From positions 640,001 to 704,000 of the forward strand of contig OZ220691.1 in NCBI GenBank assembly GCA_965116475.1: a stretch of DNA of 64,000 bases, read 5' to 3'. The first letter of the stretch is position 1. Each line of letters starts with the position of its first letter. Position numbers and translations under genes: made by a program. Below the pieces are notes generated by a model that saw only the letters and a program-made list of their open reading frames with translations, had not been told where the DNA came from and did not search any database. This document shows, in pieces, positions 40,298-49,378 of this stretch. This DNA is from Gemmatimonadota bacterium (GTDB taxonomy: Bacteria; Gemmatimonadota; Gemmatimonadetes; Palauibacterales; Palauibacteraceae).

Positions 40298-41271
40298 GGC
40301 CCGTCCCGCGACCGCTGCTGGAGGAAGGCGTGCACCCCGGGCCAGAACAGCGCCGGCTGCTCGATGAACGGGAAGTGTCCCGAACCGTCGACCCGAATCA
40401 GACGGCTGTCCGGCAGGGCGTCGTTCATCTCCTGCACCATTTCGATGGGGATGGGATCCCGCGCGCCGTGCACGATGAGCACCGGGACCTCGATCTGGCC
40501 GAGACGGTCCCAGAAGTCGAGCCCCTGGAGCGGCGCCATGAGCAGGCTCGCGACGAGCTGGCCCTGGCTCGCCGTCCGCTCGTGCAGGGAGAGGCGAAGC
40601 AGGCTGTCCGCCACGCCGGCGTCCGCGAACGTCCCGCGGAAGACGTGGAAGAAGACCTGGCTGATGGCCTCCGCCTCACGCGCCGCGAACTCCGGCGTCC
40701 CCCGAATCGAGTCGATGGCCGCGAGGTCGGCCGAATCCCGCCTGGCCAGCTGGTCCTCGTCGGTCTGTTCCCGATACCGGCTGCCCGGCTCGACGGGCGC
40801 GACGAGGATGAGCGCCGCCAGCCGCTCGGGGCGCTCCAGGGCGTAGAGGAGGGCCGGAATCGCTCCCCAGGAGTGCGCCAGCAGCGTGATCTTCTCGCGT
40901 TGCGCGACGCGTTCGCGGATTCGGTCGATGTCCGTCAGGTAGCGCTCCATCGAGAGGCTCGCCGCGTTCACGGCGGCCCTGGACGCCCCGAGGCCCCGCT
41001 GATCGTAGAAGACGACCTGGTGCGTCTCGGCCAGCGGTCCGAACCACGGACGAAGGTAGGAGTGGTCGAGGCCCGGGCCGCCGTGGACGACGACGATGGG
41101 CTCGCCGACCCCAACCGTCTGGTAGAAGAGTTCCGCCTCGAAGACGGAGAGGGAGCCCGCTCGGGTCGGCGGCCCCGCGTCGGAGGCGGGAGCATCGCAC
41201 CCCGCCGTGAGAGCCGTGAGAGCCGTGAGAACGGCGAGGCCGGAGGCGGCGCGCGCGCGGGGGCCGGTCAG
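40294..41271 (-). CDS. Alpha/beta hydrolase (proline iminopeptidase-like) lipoprotein, probable CTG start
   Basis: Frame extends 100 codons upstream of the track start and includes a lipobox (LTAGC), HGGPG and YDQRG; nucleophile HSWG, GARD, GHFPF. Confidence 0.85.
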   Translation of the reverse strand: MTGPRARAASGLAVLTALTALTAGCDAPASDAGPPTRAGSLSVFEAELFYQTVGVGEPIVVVHGGPGLDHSYLRPWFGPLAETHQVVFYDQRGLGASRAAVNAASLSMERYLTDIDRIRERVAQREKITLLAHSWGAIPALLYALERPERLAALILVAPVEPGSRYREQTDEDQLARRDSADLAAIDSIRGTPEFAAREAEAISQVFFHVFRGTFADAGVADSLLRLSLHERTASQGQLVASLLMAPLQGLDFWDRLGQIEVPVLIVHGARDPIPIEMVQEMNDALPDSRLIRVDGSGHFPFIEQPALFWPGVHAFLQQRSRDGP

Positions 41272-41738
41272 GATTCCCAGGCCACCGAGTCGCCGAGGGC
41301 GAGGGGGCCGCCCTCGAGGACCATCCCGTACGCGCCGCCGCGCCAGTCGGGCGCCAGCGCCGCCTTGAGCCCGGGCGCCGCATCCTCCATGCGTTCGCAG
41401 GGCAGCGTCTCGCCCCGGATGCGGATGCGGCAGCCCGCGATCCGCAGCACCCGGTTCGCCGTCTCCGAGAAGTCGACGCCCCGCACGAGCAGGTTGGCCC
41501 GGCGGGCGTCGGGGGCCAGGTCGACGCCGACCTCCCGTGTCGCCGTCTCCCAGGCGTCCGCGTCGAGGAGCGTCACCTGCCGGTAGCCGCCGCGGTCGAC
41601 GTTCCCCTCCAGCCCCTTGCCCGCGACGAGGGTGGCTTCCGGGACCGGCTCCATGGGGCCCTTCCGCGCCGACTTGAGCCAGATCGCCTCGAGCCGCGCC
41701 CCTCCGGAGCCCGCCGACCCGGCGGTGGACTCAGCCAT
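41268..41738 (-). CDS. MOSC domain protein
   Basis: GLEG, RQVTL, RRANLLV.G, PCERM, W.GG motifs. Confidence 0.88.
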   Translation of the reverse strand: MAESTAGSAGSGGARLEAIWLKSARKGPMEPVPEATLVAGKGLEGNVDRGGYRQVTLLDADAWETATREVGVDLAPDARRANLLVRGVDFSETANRVLRIAGCRIRIRGETLPCERMEDAAPGLKAALAPDWRGGAYGMVLEGGPLALGDSVAWES

Positions 41739-42477
41739 CGGTCACCTCCAGCGAGGAAAAGTGCAGGTTGAGGCCATGGTTGACCCTCAGCCCCACGACG
41801 CCGTCGACGTGCTGCCCCGCTCTCGCCGTCCGGAACACCTCCTGCTCGTTCACGCCGAAGATCACGTCCTCCCCTTCGGCCTCTACGAAGAGGACGTTCT
41901 TCGCCGTGGCCGCGTCCTCGCCCCGCGCCGCCCACGTGACGACCGCCTCGTGCTTCGTCCAGTCGAGGAGCGTGGACGTCTCGTCGCCATCGCGGCGCTT
42001 CACGATCACGCTCCCGTCCGCCCGGATGAGGAGGTAGGTGTAGGCCTGGCCGTCCCCCCGGAGGTCCGCGCCGCCGATGAAGACGCCGAACCCTTCGTTC
42101 AGGCCTTCGGGGTCGAACAGGAAGACGGTCGACTCGACGCGAAAGTCGCCGTCGGCCCGGGTCCCGGGATCGTAGAAGATGCCGGCCGGCCCCGTGGTGA
42201 CGTGCCAGCCGGGCGGCATCTCCTGGAGAGCCTCCACCCCGTCTCCCCCGTGGTCGGTGCGGGCGAGCCAGCCCTCGGGCGGGGGCAGCTTGTCTTCCTG
42301 GGCGGCGGCGGCGAGGGGAAGCAGGAACAGACTCGCGATGGCGAGTCGCCACGCGGCGCCCGCGGCGCGCTCCCCGCGGAAGCGCAGGTTCGAGCACGGG
42401 TTCGAGCGCAGGTTCGAATGAGACGGCATGTTCGGCGTCACTCCGGTTTCGGGTCCAAAAGCCCGCGTGGGCGGCAT
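41731..42477 (-). CDS. Secreted hypothetical protein (concanavalin/DUF1080-like beta-sandwich)
   Basis: Signal peptide ending AAAQ; beta-rich MPPGWHVTTGPA...GVVGLRVNH; start uncertain (42477 or 42429). Confidence 0.65.
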   Translation of the reverse strand: MPPTRAFGPETGVTPNMPSHSNLRSNPCSNLRFRGERAAGAAWRLAIASLFLLPLAAAAQEDKLPPPEGWLARTDHGGDGVEALQEMPPGWHVTTGPAGIFYDPGTRADGDFRVESTVFLFDPEGLNEGFGVFIGGADLRGDGQAYTYLLIRADGSVIVKRRDGDETSTLLDWTKHEAVVTWAARGEDAATAKNVLFVEAEGEDVIFGVNEQEVFRTARAGQHVDGVVGLRVNHGLNLHFSSLEVTDG

Positions 42478-42482
42478 GATAG

Positions 42483-43322
42483 TCACTCCGGCGGCGACTC
42501 GCAGGACTCGCAGCGCGTGAGCCGGAGCGCGACGACTTCGGGCGGCACGAGGAAGCGCACGCCGAGCCGGCTCGTCCCCACGCCGGTCGTCACGAAGAGG
42601 TGCCGTCCGTCCTCCACCACGTGGCCCGCCGCGTACCGGTCGCCGAAACGGGAGGGGGTGATCCGGGGACCCACGAACGGGATGACCACCTGCCCGCCGT
42701 GCGTGTGCCCCGCGAGCGTCAAGGAGGCCCGCGCCGGCACCTCCGGGAAGATGTCCGGGTTGTGCGTGACGACGATCACGGGCTGTCCGGGACGGGCCCC
42801 ATCGAGCGCGTCCTCGATCGACGGATGGCCGGTCCAGAAGTCCGCCACGCCCGCGATCCAGATGTCGTGGCCCCGCACGCGCGCCCGCCGGCCCTCGTTG
42901 TCGAGCACGGCGATGCCCGCGCCGGAGAGCGCCCGTTCCACGCGCTCGGTGGACAGCCAGCGGTCGTGGTTGCCGAGCACCGCGAACACCCCATGGCGGG
43001 CGTCGAGGGCGGCGAGATCCTCGGCGATCTCCTCGGGCGGCACGAAGCGGCCGCCCACGACGTTGTCGATCGTCAGATCGCCGGCGATGAGCACCAGGTC
43101 CGGGAGCGTCTCGTTCACCCGTCGCACGACGCGGCGCAGGTTGTCCCGACCGTTTCGGGGCGAGCCCACGTGCAGGTCGGCGATGAGCACGATGCGGGTC
43201 TCCTCCCCCTCGGGCCACCCCGGCACCTGGAGGTCGGCCCGGCGGAGGACGAGTCGGCCCGGCTCCCACCAGAACGCCCACGCGGCAAGCAGCACCGCGG
43301 TCGCAAGGAGAACGAGAAGCAT
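42483..43322 (-). CDS. Membrane-anchored metallophosphoesterase (YkuE-like)
   Basis: ADLH, AGDL, LGNHD, THNPD, AGHTHGGQ; start may extend to 43361. Confidence 0.9.
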   Translation of the reverse strand: MLLVLLATAVLLAAWAFWWEPGRLVLRRADLQVPGWPEGEETRIVLIADLHVGSPRNGRDNLRRVVRRVNETLPDLVLIAGDLTIDNVVGGRFVPPEEIAEDLAALDARHGVFAVLGNHDRWLSTERVERALSGAGIAVLDNEGRRARVRGHDIWIAGVADFWTGHPSIEDALDGARPGQPVIVVTHNPDIFPEVPARASLTLAGHTHGGQVVIPFVGPRITPSRFGDRYAAGHVVEDGRHLFVTTGVGTSRLGVRFLVPPEVVALRLTRCESCESPPE

Positions 43323-43357
43323 CCAGCCCGTCCAGCCGGCGCGCGATCGCCGCGCCG

Positions 43358-45151
43358 CTATGACCCGTCGCCTGCGGGCGCGCTCCCGCCGATCCACGCA
43401 TCGACCTGCCCTTCGAGCACGACCATGGGCACGGACCCGCTGCGGAGCACGACATCGTGGAAGCCGCGGAGGTCGAACCCATCGCCGAGCGCATCTTCGG
43501 CCCGGGCCCGCAGCTCGAGCAGCTTTCGCTTCCCCATCTGGTAGGCGAGCGCCTGCCCCGGCAGGTCCGTGGAATAGCGCAGCGACTCCGTCGCGATCTG
43601 GGTCTCCGATTCGAGCGTGTTCTCGCGCATGAACTCCCGCGCCTCCTCTCTCGTCCAGCCGAAATGGTTCATCCCCGGATCCACCACGAGCCGGGTCGCG
43701 AGAAAGCTCTCCAGGATGTAGAAGCCGTACTCGCTGTAAAGATCCTCGTACACACCGGCCTCGAACCCGAGGTAGGACGCGTAGGACCCCCATCCCTCGG
43801 TGTACGCGGTGTACGACGTGTTGCGCCTATAGTCCGGCAGCGTTTCGCTCTCGCGCTGGCCCGCGATCTGGAAGTGGTGGCCGGGAATCAGCTCGTGGAG
43901 CGAGATCGACGCGAGTCCGAGCCAGCTCCGCTGATCCAGGTTCGAGCCGTTGTAGTAGTAGATGCCGGTCGGTTCGGCCGCGGTGGGCGCGGAGTAGTAG
44001 CCGTACGTCATTGCCGGCTCGAGTTCGGGCGCCAGCCGCCTCGCATCCCACGGGGCTTCGGGGACGCCGGGGAAGTAGGCGTCGATGCGCTCGAGCATCC
44101 GGGTCGACGCGGCCAGCAGGCGCTCTCGCACCTCTTCCTGGGACGCCGGGAAGTAACGCGGGTCCGTCTTCAGGTGCTCGTGGAATTGCTCCGCGCTCCC
44201 CTCCCAGCCGAGGCGGGCGCGGATCTCGGCCATGCGCGCGCGAAACTCGGCGAGGAGTTCGTACCCGGCTGCCTGCACCTCCTCCGGCGTGACCTCCATC
44301 GTCGTATGGAGGCGGGTCAGATAGAGGTAGTACTCGCGACCCCCGGGATACTGCGAGAGGCCGACCCCGGCCGGCGCGCGCGCCGCGTACGGCCCTTCGA
44401 GGAAGGCGGCGAGTTCCTCGAGCGCCGGGTTGATGGAATCGCGCACGATCTCACCGATGCGGGCCCTCGCTTCCGCCACGCGGTCGGGGTCCAGCCCGGA
44501 GGCGCGACCCGCGGGGAGCGCGAAGGGGCCGTCCTCCGCCTCCCCCGCCGTCGCCCGCACGAGCTGGACGACGGGCGCCAGGTTCTGGCTCGACACGATG
44601 AAGTCGCGCTCGAACTGCCCCCGCACGTAGTCCTCGAGGTCCCGTACATGGGACGGCACCTGCTCCGCGAGCACCACGAAACGGTCGAGATCCTCGTCAT
44701 CCGCAAGCGGGAGGAGCGGGAAAATCTGGCTGTAGCTGCGCAGGACGCTCGAATACGGGGTGAGGACGCTCCGGAGCCAGAAGTACCGGTGCCCCTCGAC
44801 GGCCATCTCCGCCTGCCAGACGAGGGTCTCCAGCGTGACGCGCTCATCGGCCGAGAGGGCCGCCGCGTCGATGGAGAGGGCGCGCTCGAGCTGCCGCCGG
44901 GAGAACGCCGCCCTCTCCTCCGCGGCTTCGTAGCCGAGCGCCGGGAGCCGCTCCACGTCCAGCCCCTCCCGCAGCCGGATGAAGGGATTGGTCTCCAGAT
45001 CCCGGACCCAGGCCGAGTCCAGCAGCGCCCCCAACTGCGCCGAGGCACCCGCGGACCGGCCCTCTCCCCCTGGCTCGTCGTCGGGGGCACCGCAAGAGGC
45101 CGTCCACGCAACCAGGAGGGCGAAGACAACAGGTGCATGCCGGACCCTCAT
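43358..45151 (-). CDS. DUF885 family lipoprotein
   Basis: Lipobox TASC, HELIPGHHFQ, EGW..YA, RLVVDPG.N, RY...PGQALAY..G motifs. Confidence 0.92.
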   Translation of the reverse strand: MRVRHAPVVFALLVAWTASCGAPDDEPGGEGRSAGASAQLGALLDSAWVRDLETNPFIRLREGLDVERLPALGYEAAEERAAFSRRQLERALSIDAAALSADERVTLETLVWQAEMAVEGHRYFWLRSVLTPYSSVLRSYSQIFPLLPLADDEDLDRFVVLAEQVPSHVRDLEDYVRGQFERDFIVSSQNLAPVVQLVRATAGEAEDGPFALPAGRASGLDPDRVAEARARIGEIVRDSINPALEELAAFLEGPYAARAPAGVGLSQYPGGREYYLYLTRLHTTMEVTPEEVQAAGYELLAEFRARMAEIRARLGWEGSAEQFHEHLKTDPRYFPASQEEVRERLLAASTRMLERIDAYFPGVPEAPWDARRLAPELEPAMTYGYYSAPTAAEPTGIYYYNGSNLDQRSWLGLASISLHELIPGHHFQIAGQRESETLPDYRRNTSYTAYTEGWGSYASYLGFEAGVYEDLYSEYGFYILESFLATRLVVDPGMNHFGWTREEAREFMRENTLESETQIATESLRYSTDLPGQALAYQMGKRKLLELRARAEDALGDGFDLRGFHDVVLRSGSVPMVVLEGQVDAWIGGSAPAGDGS

Positions 45152-45864
45152 CGAACCCTATCTTCCCTGATCAGAGCCGCACTGTCGGTCTGACGCGTGC
45201 CGTCCGTCGTCGCCGCCAACTCATCGGCCCGTGCGAAGAACTCCGCCGCGCGCCGAGGTCCCGACACTTCCTCCGGTTCATCCTCGCGGGGGCCGAAGCG
45301 GACGAGCAGGCCGCCCAGGAGCGAGGTGATCAGCCAGACGAAGAGGATCGCGGCGGTGACCTCGTCCGGGAAGAGGACATCCGTGGCGAGCGTGCCGGCC
45401 AGGGTGCCGAGCCATAGAGCGAAGTTCTGGAGCTGGAAGTCGAGTTGGTCTCCGCGCTTCATGCTCTGCACCGCACGTAACACGAGGTATAGCACGGCGC
45501 CGCCGAAACCCAGGAACGCCATCGACTCGGAGAACACCTGGATGAACCCCAACGCGACCCCGACGGCGCCGCCCGAGAGAATGCGCAGGGGCGATGGCGA
45601 ACTCGACTTGCGGGGGCGCGTCCGGGGGACCGCCGGCACCTGGGGCACCGCCGGAGAGCCGGGTGCCGGAGCGGGAGCGGGCAGTTCCTCGGCAATGAAT
45701 TCCGCGATCGCCGTTCGCGTCGCCCGCACGTCGATCCCCGCCTCGGCGGCGATCCGCTCCAGTTCCTCGACGCTGAGCGTGTCTCCGCGGGCATCGATCT
45801 CGGCCGCGCGCTGAAGAATGAGAGAGACCTGGGAAGTGGTGAGCTTCAGCGGTGGGTCGGTCAT
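45148..45864 (-). CDS. Hypothetical membrane protein (paralog B): helical N-domain, Pro linker, 4 TM helices
   Basis: QVSLILQRAAEIDARGD.LSVEELERIAAEAGID; near-identical motifs in the adjacent gene. Confidence 0.8.
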   Translation of the reverse strand: MTDPPLKLTTSQVSLILQRAAEIDARGDTLSVEELERIAAEAGIDVRATRTAIAEFIAEELPAPAPAPGSPAVPQVPAVPRTRPRKSSSPSPLRILSGGAVGVALGFIQVFSESMAFLGFGGAVLYLVLRAVQSMKRGDQLDFQLQNFALWLGTLAGTLATDVLFPDEVTAAILFVWLITSLLGGLLVRFGPREDEPEEVSGPRRAAEFFARADELAATTDGTRQTDSAALIREDRVR

Positions 45865-45867
45865 GCG

Positions 45868-46527
45868 TCAGCGGCCTCCGGACTCGATCTGTGGGAAGTC
45901 TTCCTCGGGCTCCTCTTCGCGGGGGCCGAAGCGGATGAGGAGGCCGCCGATGGCCGAGGTGAGGATCCAGCAGAGCAGGGTCAACATCAACCCCTCGGGC
46001 CCGAGTCCGGCGGCAATGATCAGCGTCGACACGAACCAGAGGGTGAAGTTCTGGAGTTGAAAGTCGAGCTGGCTGCCCCGCTTCATGGCCTGCACGGCGC
46101 GCAGTATGAGATAGATCGCCGTGGCGCCGGATCCCGCGATGGCGCCCCCGAGCGAGCTCGCGAAGAGGAACCCGAAGGCCACGCCCACCGCCCCACCCGT
46201 GATGATGCGTCCGGGAGCGGGAGAGGCCGGGTTTCCGGCGCGCTTCGCGGGGACCGCCGGAGGTTGCGGGGCGGGAACGGGAACCGGCATCTCCTCCGCG
46301 ACCAGCTCCGCGATCGCCGCTCGCGTCGCGCGCGGGTCGATCCCCGCCTCGCCGGCGATGCGCTCCAGCTCCTCGACGGTCATCGAGTCGCCGCGCGCGT
46401 CGATCTCGGCCGCCCGCTTCAGTATCCGCGAGACCTGGGCGGCGGTGAGCGTCGCGGGCGTGTCGTGGACGGGCGGTTCGCGGGGGGGCGGCTCGCGGGG
46501 GGGCGGCGGCTCGGGCATGTCGCTCAT
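45868..46527 (-). CDS. Hypothetical membrane protein (paralog A)
   Basis: ATGA overlap with upstream dehydratase; QVSRILKRAAEIDARGD..TVEELERIAGEAGID, MKRG.QLDFQLQNF, RFGPRE. Confidence 0.8.
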   Translation of the reverse strand: MSDMPEPPPPREPPPREPPVHDTPATLTAAQVSRILKRAAEIDARGDSMTVEELERIAGEAGIDPRATRAAIAELVAEEMPVPVPAPQPPAVPAKRAGNPASPAPGRIITGGAVGVAFGFLFASSLGGAIAGSGATAIYLILRAVQAMKRGSQLDFQLQNFTLWFVSTLIIAAGLGPEGLMLTLLCWILTSAIGGLLIRFGPREEEPEEDFPQIESGGR

Positions 46528-47474
46528 GGCGTGTCGCCCGCGAGGATGGTGGCCAGGGTGGACGGATCCAGATTCCCTCCGGACACGATGCAGACAATTC
46601 TGTCCCCCTTCACCGCACCCGACAGGGCGGCCGCGACAGAGGAGGCGCCCGCCCCCTCGGCGACCACGCGGTTGCGGGTGGCGAGCAATCGGATCGCCGC
46701 CGCGGTGTCTTCGAGCGTGATCTCGGCCGAGCCGGCGAGCAGGTTCCGCGCCAACTCCCACATGGCGGGTTCCACGTGCGGCCCCCCGATGCCGTCGACG
46801 AACGAGGGGGTATAGGAGACCGAGACGGCCCGGCCCGCGCGGAGCGACTCGGCGAACGGGGCCTGACCCACGACCTCCGAGGCAAACACCGGAACGCCCG
46901 GCGCCGCGGCGCGCAGGCCGGCCGCGATCCCGCAGGCGAGTCCGCCTCCCCCGAAGGGGACGATGACGGCGTCCACGTCGGGCAGGTCCTCGACCAGTTC
47001 GAGCGCGATCGTGCCGTTCCCCGCCATCACGTCGCGGTCCATGAAGGCGTGGACGAACCGTCCGTCCATGCCGTCGAAGCGCTGCGTGCGGAACACCTCG
47101 AACCAGGAGGCGACGGAGGTCTTCACGGCGGTCGCGCCGAGCCGCGCGATCGCCTCCAGCTTGAGCCCCGGCGCCGTCTCCGGGACGACGACCGAGCACG
47201 GGACGCCGAGACGCCGCGCGTTCCAGGCGACGCCCTGCGCCATGTTCCCCGCGCTCGCCGTCCATACCCCGGCCGCCAGTTCCGCGGGCGGGATCAGGCC
47301 GATCGCGTTCGCGGCCCCCCGGATCTTGAACGAGCCGATCGGCTGCAGGTTCTCGAACTTGAGCCAGATCTCGGGTCCCTCGTCGACGCCGAGGCGGATG
47401 AGCGGCGAGCGGAGGGCCGCCGCGTAGACCCGCTCCCGCGCCGCCTCGATCTCCGGCAGGGCGGGGGGCTTCAC
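46524..47474 (-). CDS. PLP-dependent threonine/serine dehydratase family protein
   Basis: KFENLQPIGSFKIRGA, SAGNMAQG, PFGGGGL, SGGN; GTGA overlap. Confidence 0.9.
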   Translation of the reverse strand: MKPPALPEIEAARERVYAAALRSPLIRLGVDEGPEIWLKFENLQPIGSFKIRGAANAIGLIPPAELAAGVWTASAGNMAQGVAWNARRLGVPCSVVVPETAPGLKLEAIARLGATAVKTSVASWFEVFRTQRFDGMDGRFVHAFMDRDVMAGNGTIALELVEDLPDVDAVIVPFGGGGLACGIAAGLRAAAPGVPVFASEVVGQAPFAESLRAGRAVSVSYTPSFVDGIGGPHVEPAMWELARNLLAGSAEITLEDTAAAIRLLATRNRVVAEGAGASSVAAALSGAVKGDRIVCIVSGGNLDPSTLATILAGDTP

Positions 47475-48700
47475 GCGTTGAGGCCCGCGACCCCCGGGAC
47501 GCCCGCGACCGCCCGCGGGAGGCTCGCCAGCGCCCGGTCGAAGTCGGCCGCGAGGTCCTCCGTCGCCTCCAGTCCGGTGGAGAAGCGGATGAGGGCGTCC
47601 CGGATGCCGGCCTTCGCGCGCTCCTCGGCGGACATGCCCGCGTGCACGGCGGCGGCGGGCCGCACGACGAGCGACTCCGGCCCCCCGAGGCTCGCCGCGA
47701 CCATCGGGATCTCCAGCGCGGAGATGAAGGCCTCGGCCGCGTCGACCCCGCCCTCGAGTTCGAACGACATCATCCCGCCGAAACCGTCGAACAGGCGCGC
47801 GGCCCGCTCGTGCTGGGCGTGGCTCGCCAGTCCCGGATAGTGCACGACGGACACGGCGGGGTGCGCTTCGAGCCGCACGGCGAGCTGCCCGGCCGACGCG
47901 TTCTGCTCGCGGACGCGCACGCTCAGCGTCTTCAGCCCCCGCTCGAGCAGGAACGCCGCGTGCGGGTCGAGGGAGCCGCCGAGGTGGTCCTGCATCACCT
48001 TCACGCGGCGCACGAGGTCCGCCGGCCCGGCCACGCTCCCGGCCACGATGTCGCTGTGGCCGTTCATGTACTTCGTGCAGCTCTCGAGCACGAGATCGAA
48101 GCCGATCTCCGCCGGCCGGAAGTTGATCGGGCTCGCGAAGGTGTTGTCGATCAGCGTCACGAGCCCATGCTCGCGCGCGAACGCCACGACGGCCTCCAGG
48201 TCCGCCACCTGCACGAGCGGATTCGTGAGCGTCTCCACGTACATGGCGCGCGTGGTCGGTGTCAGCGCGGCCGCCCAACCCGACGGATCCTGCGGGTCGA
48301 TGACCGTGTGCCCGATGCGGAACCGCGGCAGGTCCTGCTGCAGGAAGGCGGCGGTGCCGCCGTACAGCGTGTCCTGCACGAGCACATGGTCGCCGGCGGA
48401 CAGCAGCGTGAGCAGCGACCCCGAGATCGCCGCCATACCGCTGCCGAGGGCGAGGGCCGCCTCGGTCCCCTCGAGCGCCGCGATGCGCTCCCCGAGCACG
48501 CGATGGTTCGGCGTCGTGCTGAGCCGGATGTACCCGATGTCGTGGTAGTCCTCGCCGCGCAGCTCGTAGTTCGCCGTCTGGTAGATCGGCGTGACGACGG
48601 CCCCCTCGGGCCTCGGCTCCTGTTCGCCCGCATGCACGGCGTCCGTGGACGCCGCCCTTCTCCCATCCCCAAGGTTCTTCATGTCTTTCCCGTCTTTCAT
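47471..48700 (-). CDS. Cys/Met metabolism PLP enzyme (cystathionine gamma-synthase / methionine gamma-lyase family)
   Basis: PIYQT, SGMAAI, LYGGT, DNTFASP, SCTKYMNGHSD, SLGGPESL. Confidence 0.92.
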   Translation of the reverse strand: MKDGKDMKNLGDGRRAASTDAVHAGEQEPRPEGAVVTPIYQTANYELRGEDYHDIGYIRLSTTPNHRVLGERIAALEGTEAALALGSGMAAISGSLLTLLSAGDHVLVQDTLYGGTAAFLQQDLPRFRIGHTVIDPQDPSGWAAALTPTTRAMYVETLTNPLVQVADLEAVVAFAREHGLVTLIDNTFASPINFRPAEIGFDLVLESCTKYMNGHSDIVAGSVAGPADLVRRVKVMQDHLGGSLDPHAAFLLERGLKTLSVRVREQNASAGQLAVRLEAHPAVSVVHYPGLASHAQHERAARLFDGFGGMMSFELEGGVDAAEAFISALEIPMVAASLGGPESLVVRPAAAVHAGMSAEERAKAGIRDALIRFSTGLEATEDLAADFDRALASLPRAVAGVPGVAGLNA

Positions 48701-49215
48701 CAGTCCCACATCACGCGGTGGATCCGCCACCCGGTTTCGAGCCGCTTCCACACCTCGAGAAACTTGCCGCCGAGTTCGGTATCATCGGGGCCGCGCACCC
48801 GGTACGTCCCGTTCGCGAACGCCAGGTTCCCGTCCACCTCGATGTCCTCGATCGTGAACCGGGCCGCGCGCAGCGGAGCGGAACCGGCCAGGGCGCGGAC
48901 GATGGCGTCGTGCCCTCGAACCGCCGGCTCTCCGGACGGCAAGCGCACCGCGTCCGGCGTGAACACGTCGGCGACGGCGTCACCCGGCGCTCCCGCGATC
49001 AGCGAAGCTTCCCAACGCCGGGTGACGCGCTCGATCTCGGCTCGCACCGCCTCGACGTCGACCGCCCCTCCGGTCTCTCCCACCCCGGCCTCCCCCGCCT
49101 CCGGCGCCGGGCCCGAGCACGCCGCCGCGACCAGGCCGCCCGCCACCGCCGCGACCAGGCCGCCCGCCGCAAGGATGAGCCGAAACGTTCCGTCTGCGGG
49201 CCGTGTTCTCTTCAT
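48700..49215 (-). CDS. DUF4440/SnoaL-like lipoprotein
   Basis: Lipobox VAAAC; F..DAV.LP, GKFL.VWKR...GWRI motifs. Confidence 0.82.
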   Translation of the reverse strand: MKRTRPADGTFRLILAAGGLVAAVAGGLVAAACSGPAPEAGEAGVGETGGAVDVEAVRAEIERVTRRWEASLIAGAPGDAVADVFTPDAVRLPSGEPAVRGHDAIVRALAGSAPLRAARFTIEDIEVDGNLAFANGTYRVRGPDDTELGGKFLEVWKRLETGWRIHRVMWD

Positions 49216-49331
49216 GGGTCGATATTGTATCGGAGGCCGCGTGCCGCGGCGACGCGCCCCGCTTTCGGGTTCGCGCGCGTCACGGTAGGATGCCCGGCGC
49301 GCCTAACAGGCTGTGTTGAGAATTGTTCCCC

Positions 49332-49351
49332 GCATCGCCGGCCGGCGATGC
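49332..49351. repeat. Perfect 20-bp palindrome GCATCGCCGGCCGGCGATGC in divergent intergenic region
   Basis: Directly visible, 28 nt upstream of the DUF2911 start. Confidence 0.7.
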
Positions 49352-49378
49352 CGTGCTTGAACCTGCTTGGAGGTACGA

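Noticed and set aside
42383..42418. GTTC repeats as an SOS box
   Set aside because: 12-bp period (N8 spacing) inside a coding N-terminus; better explained as a tandem micro-duplication.
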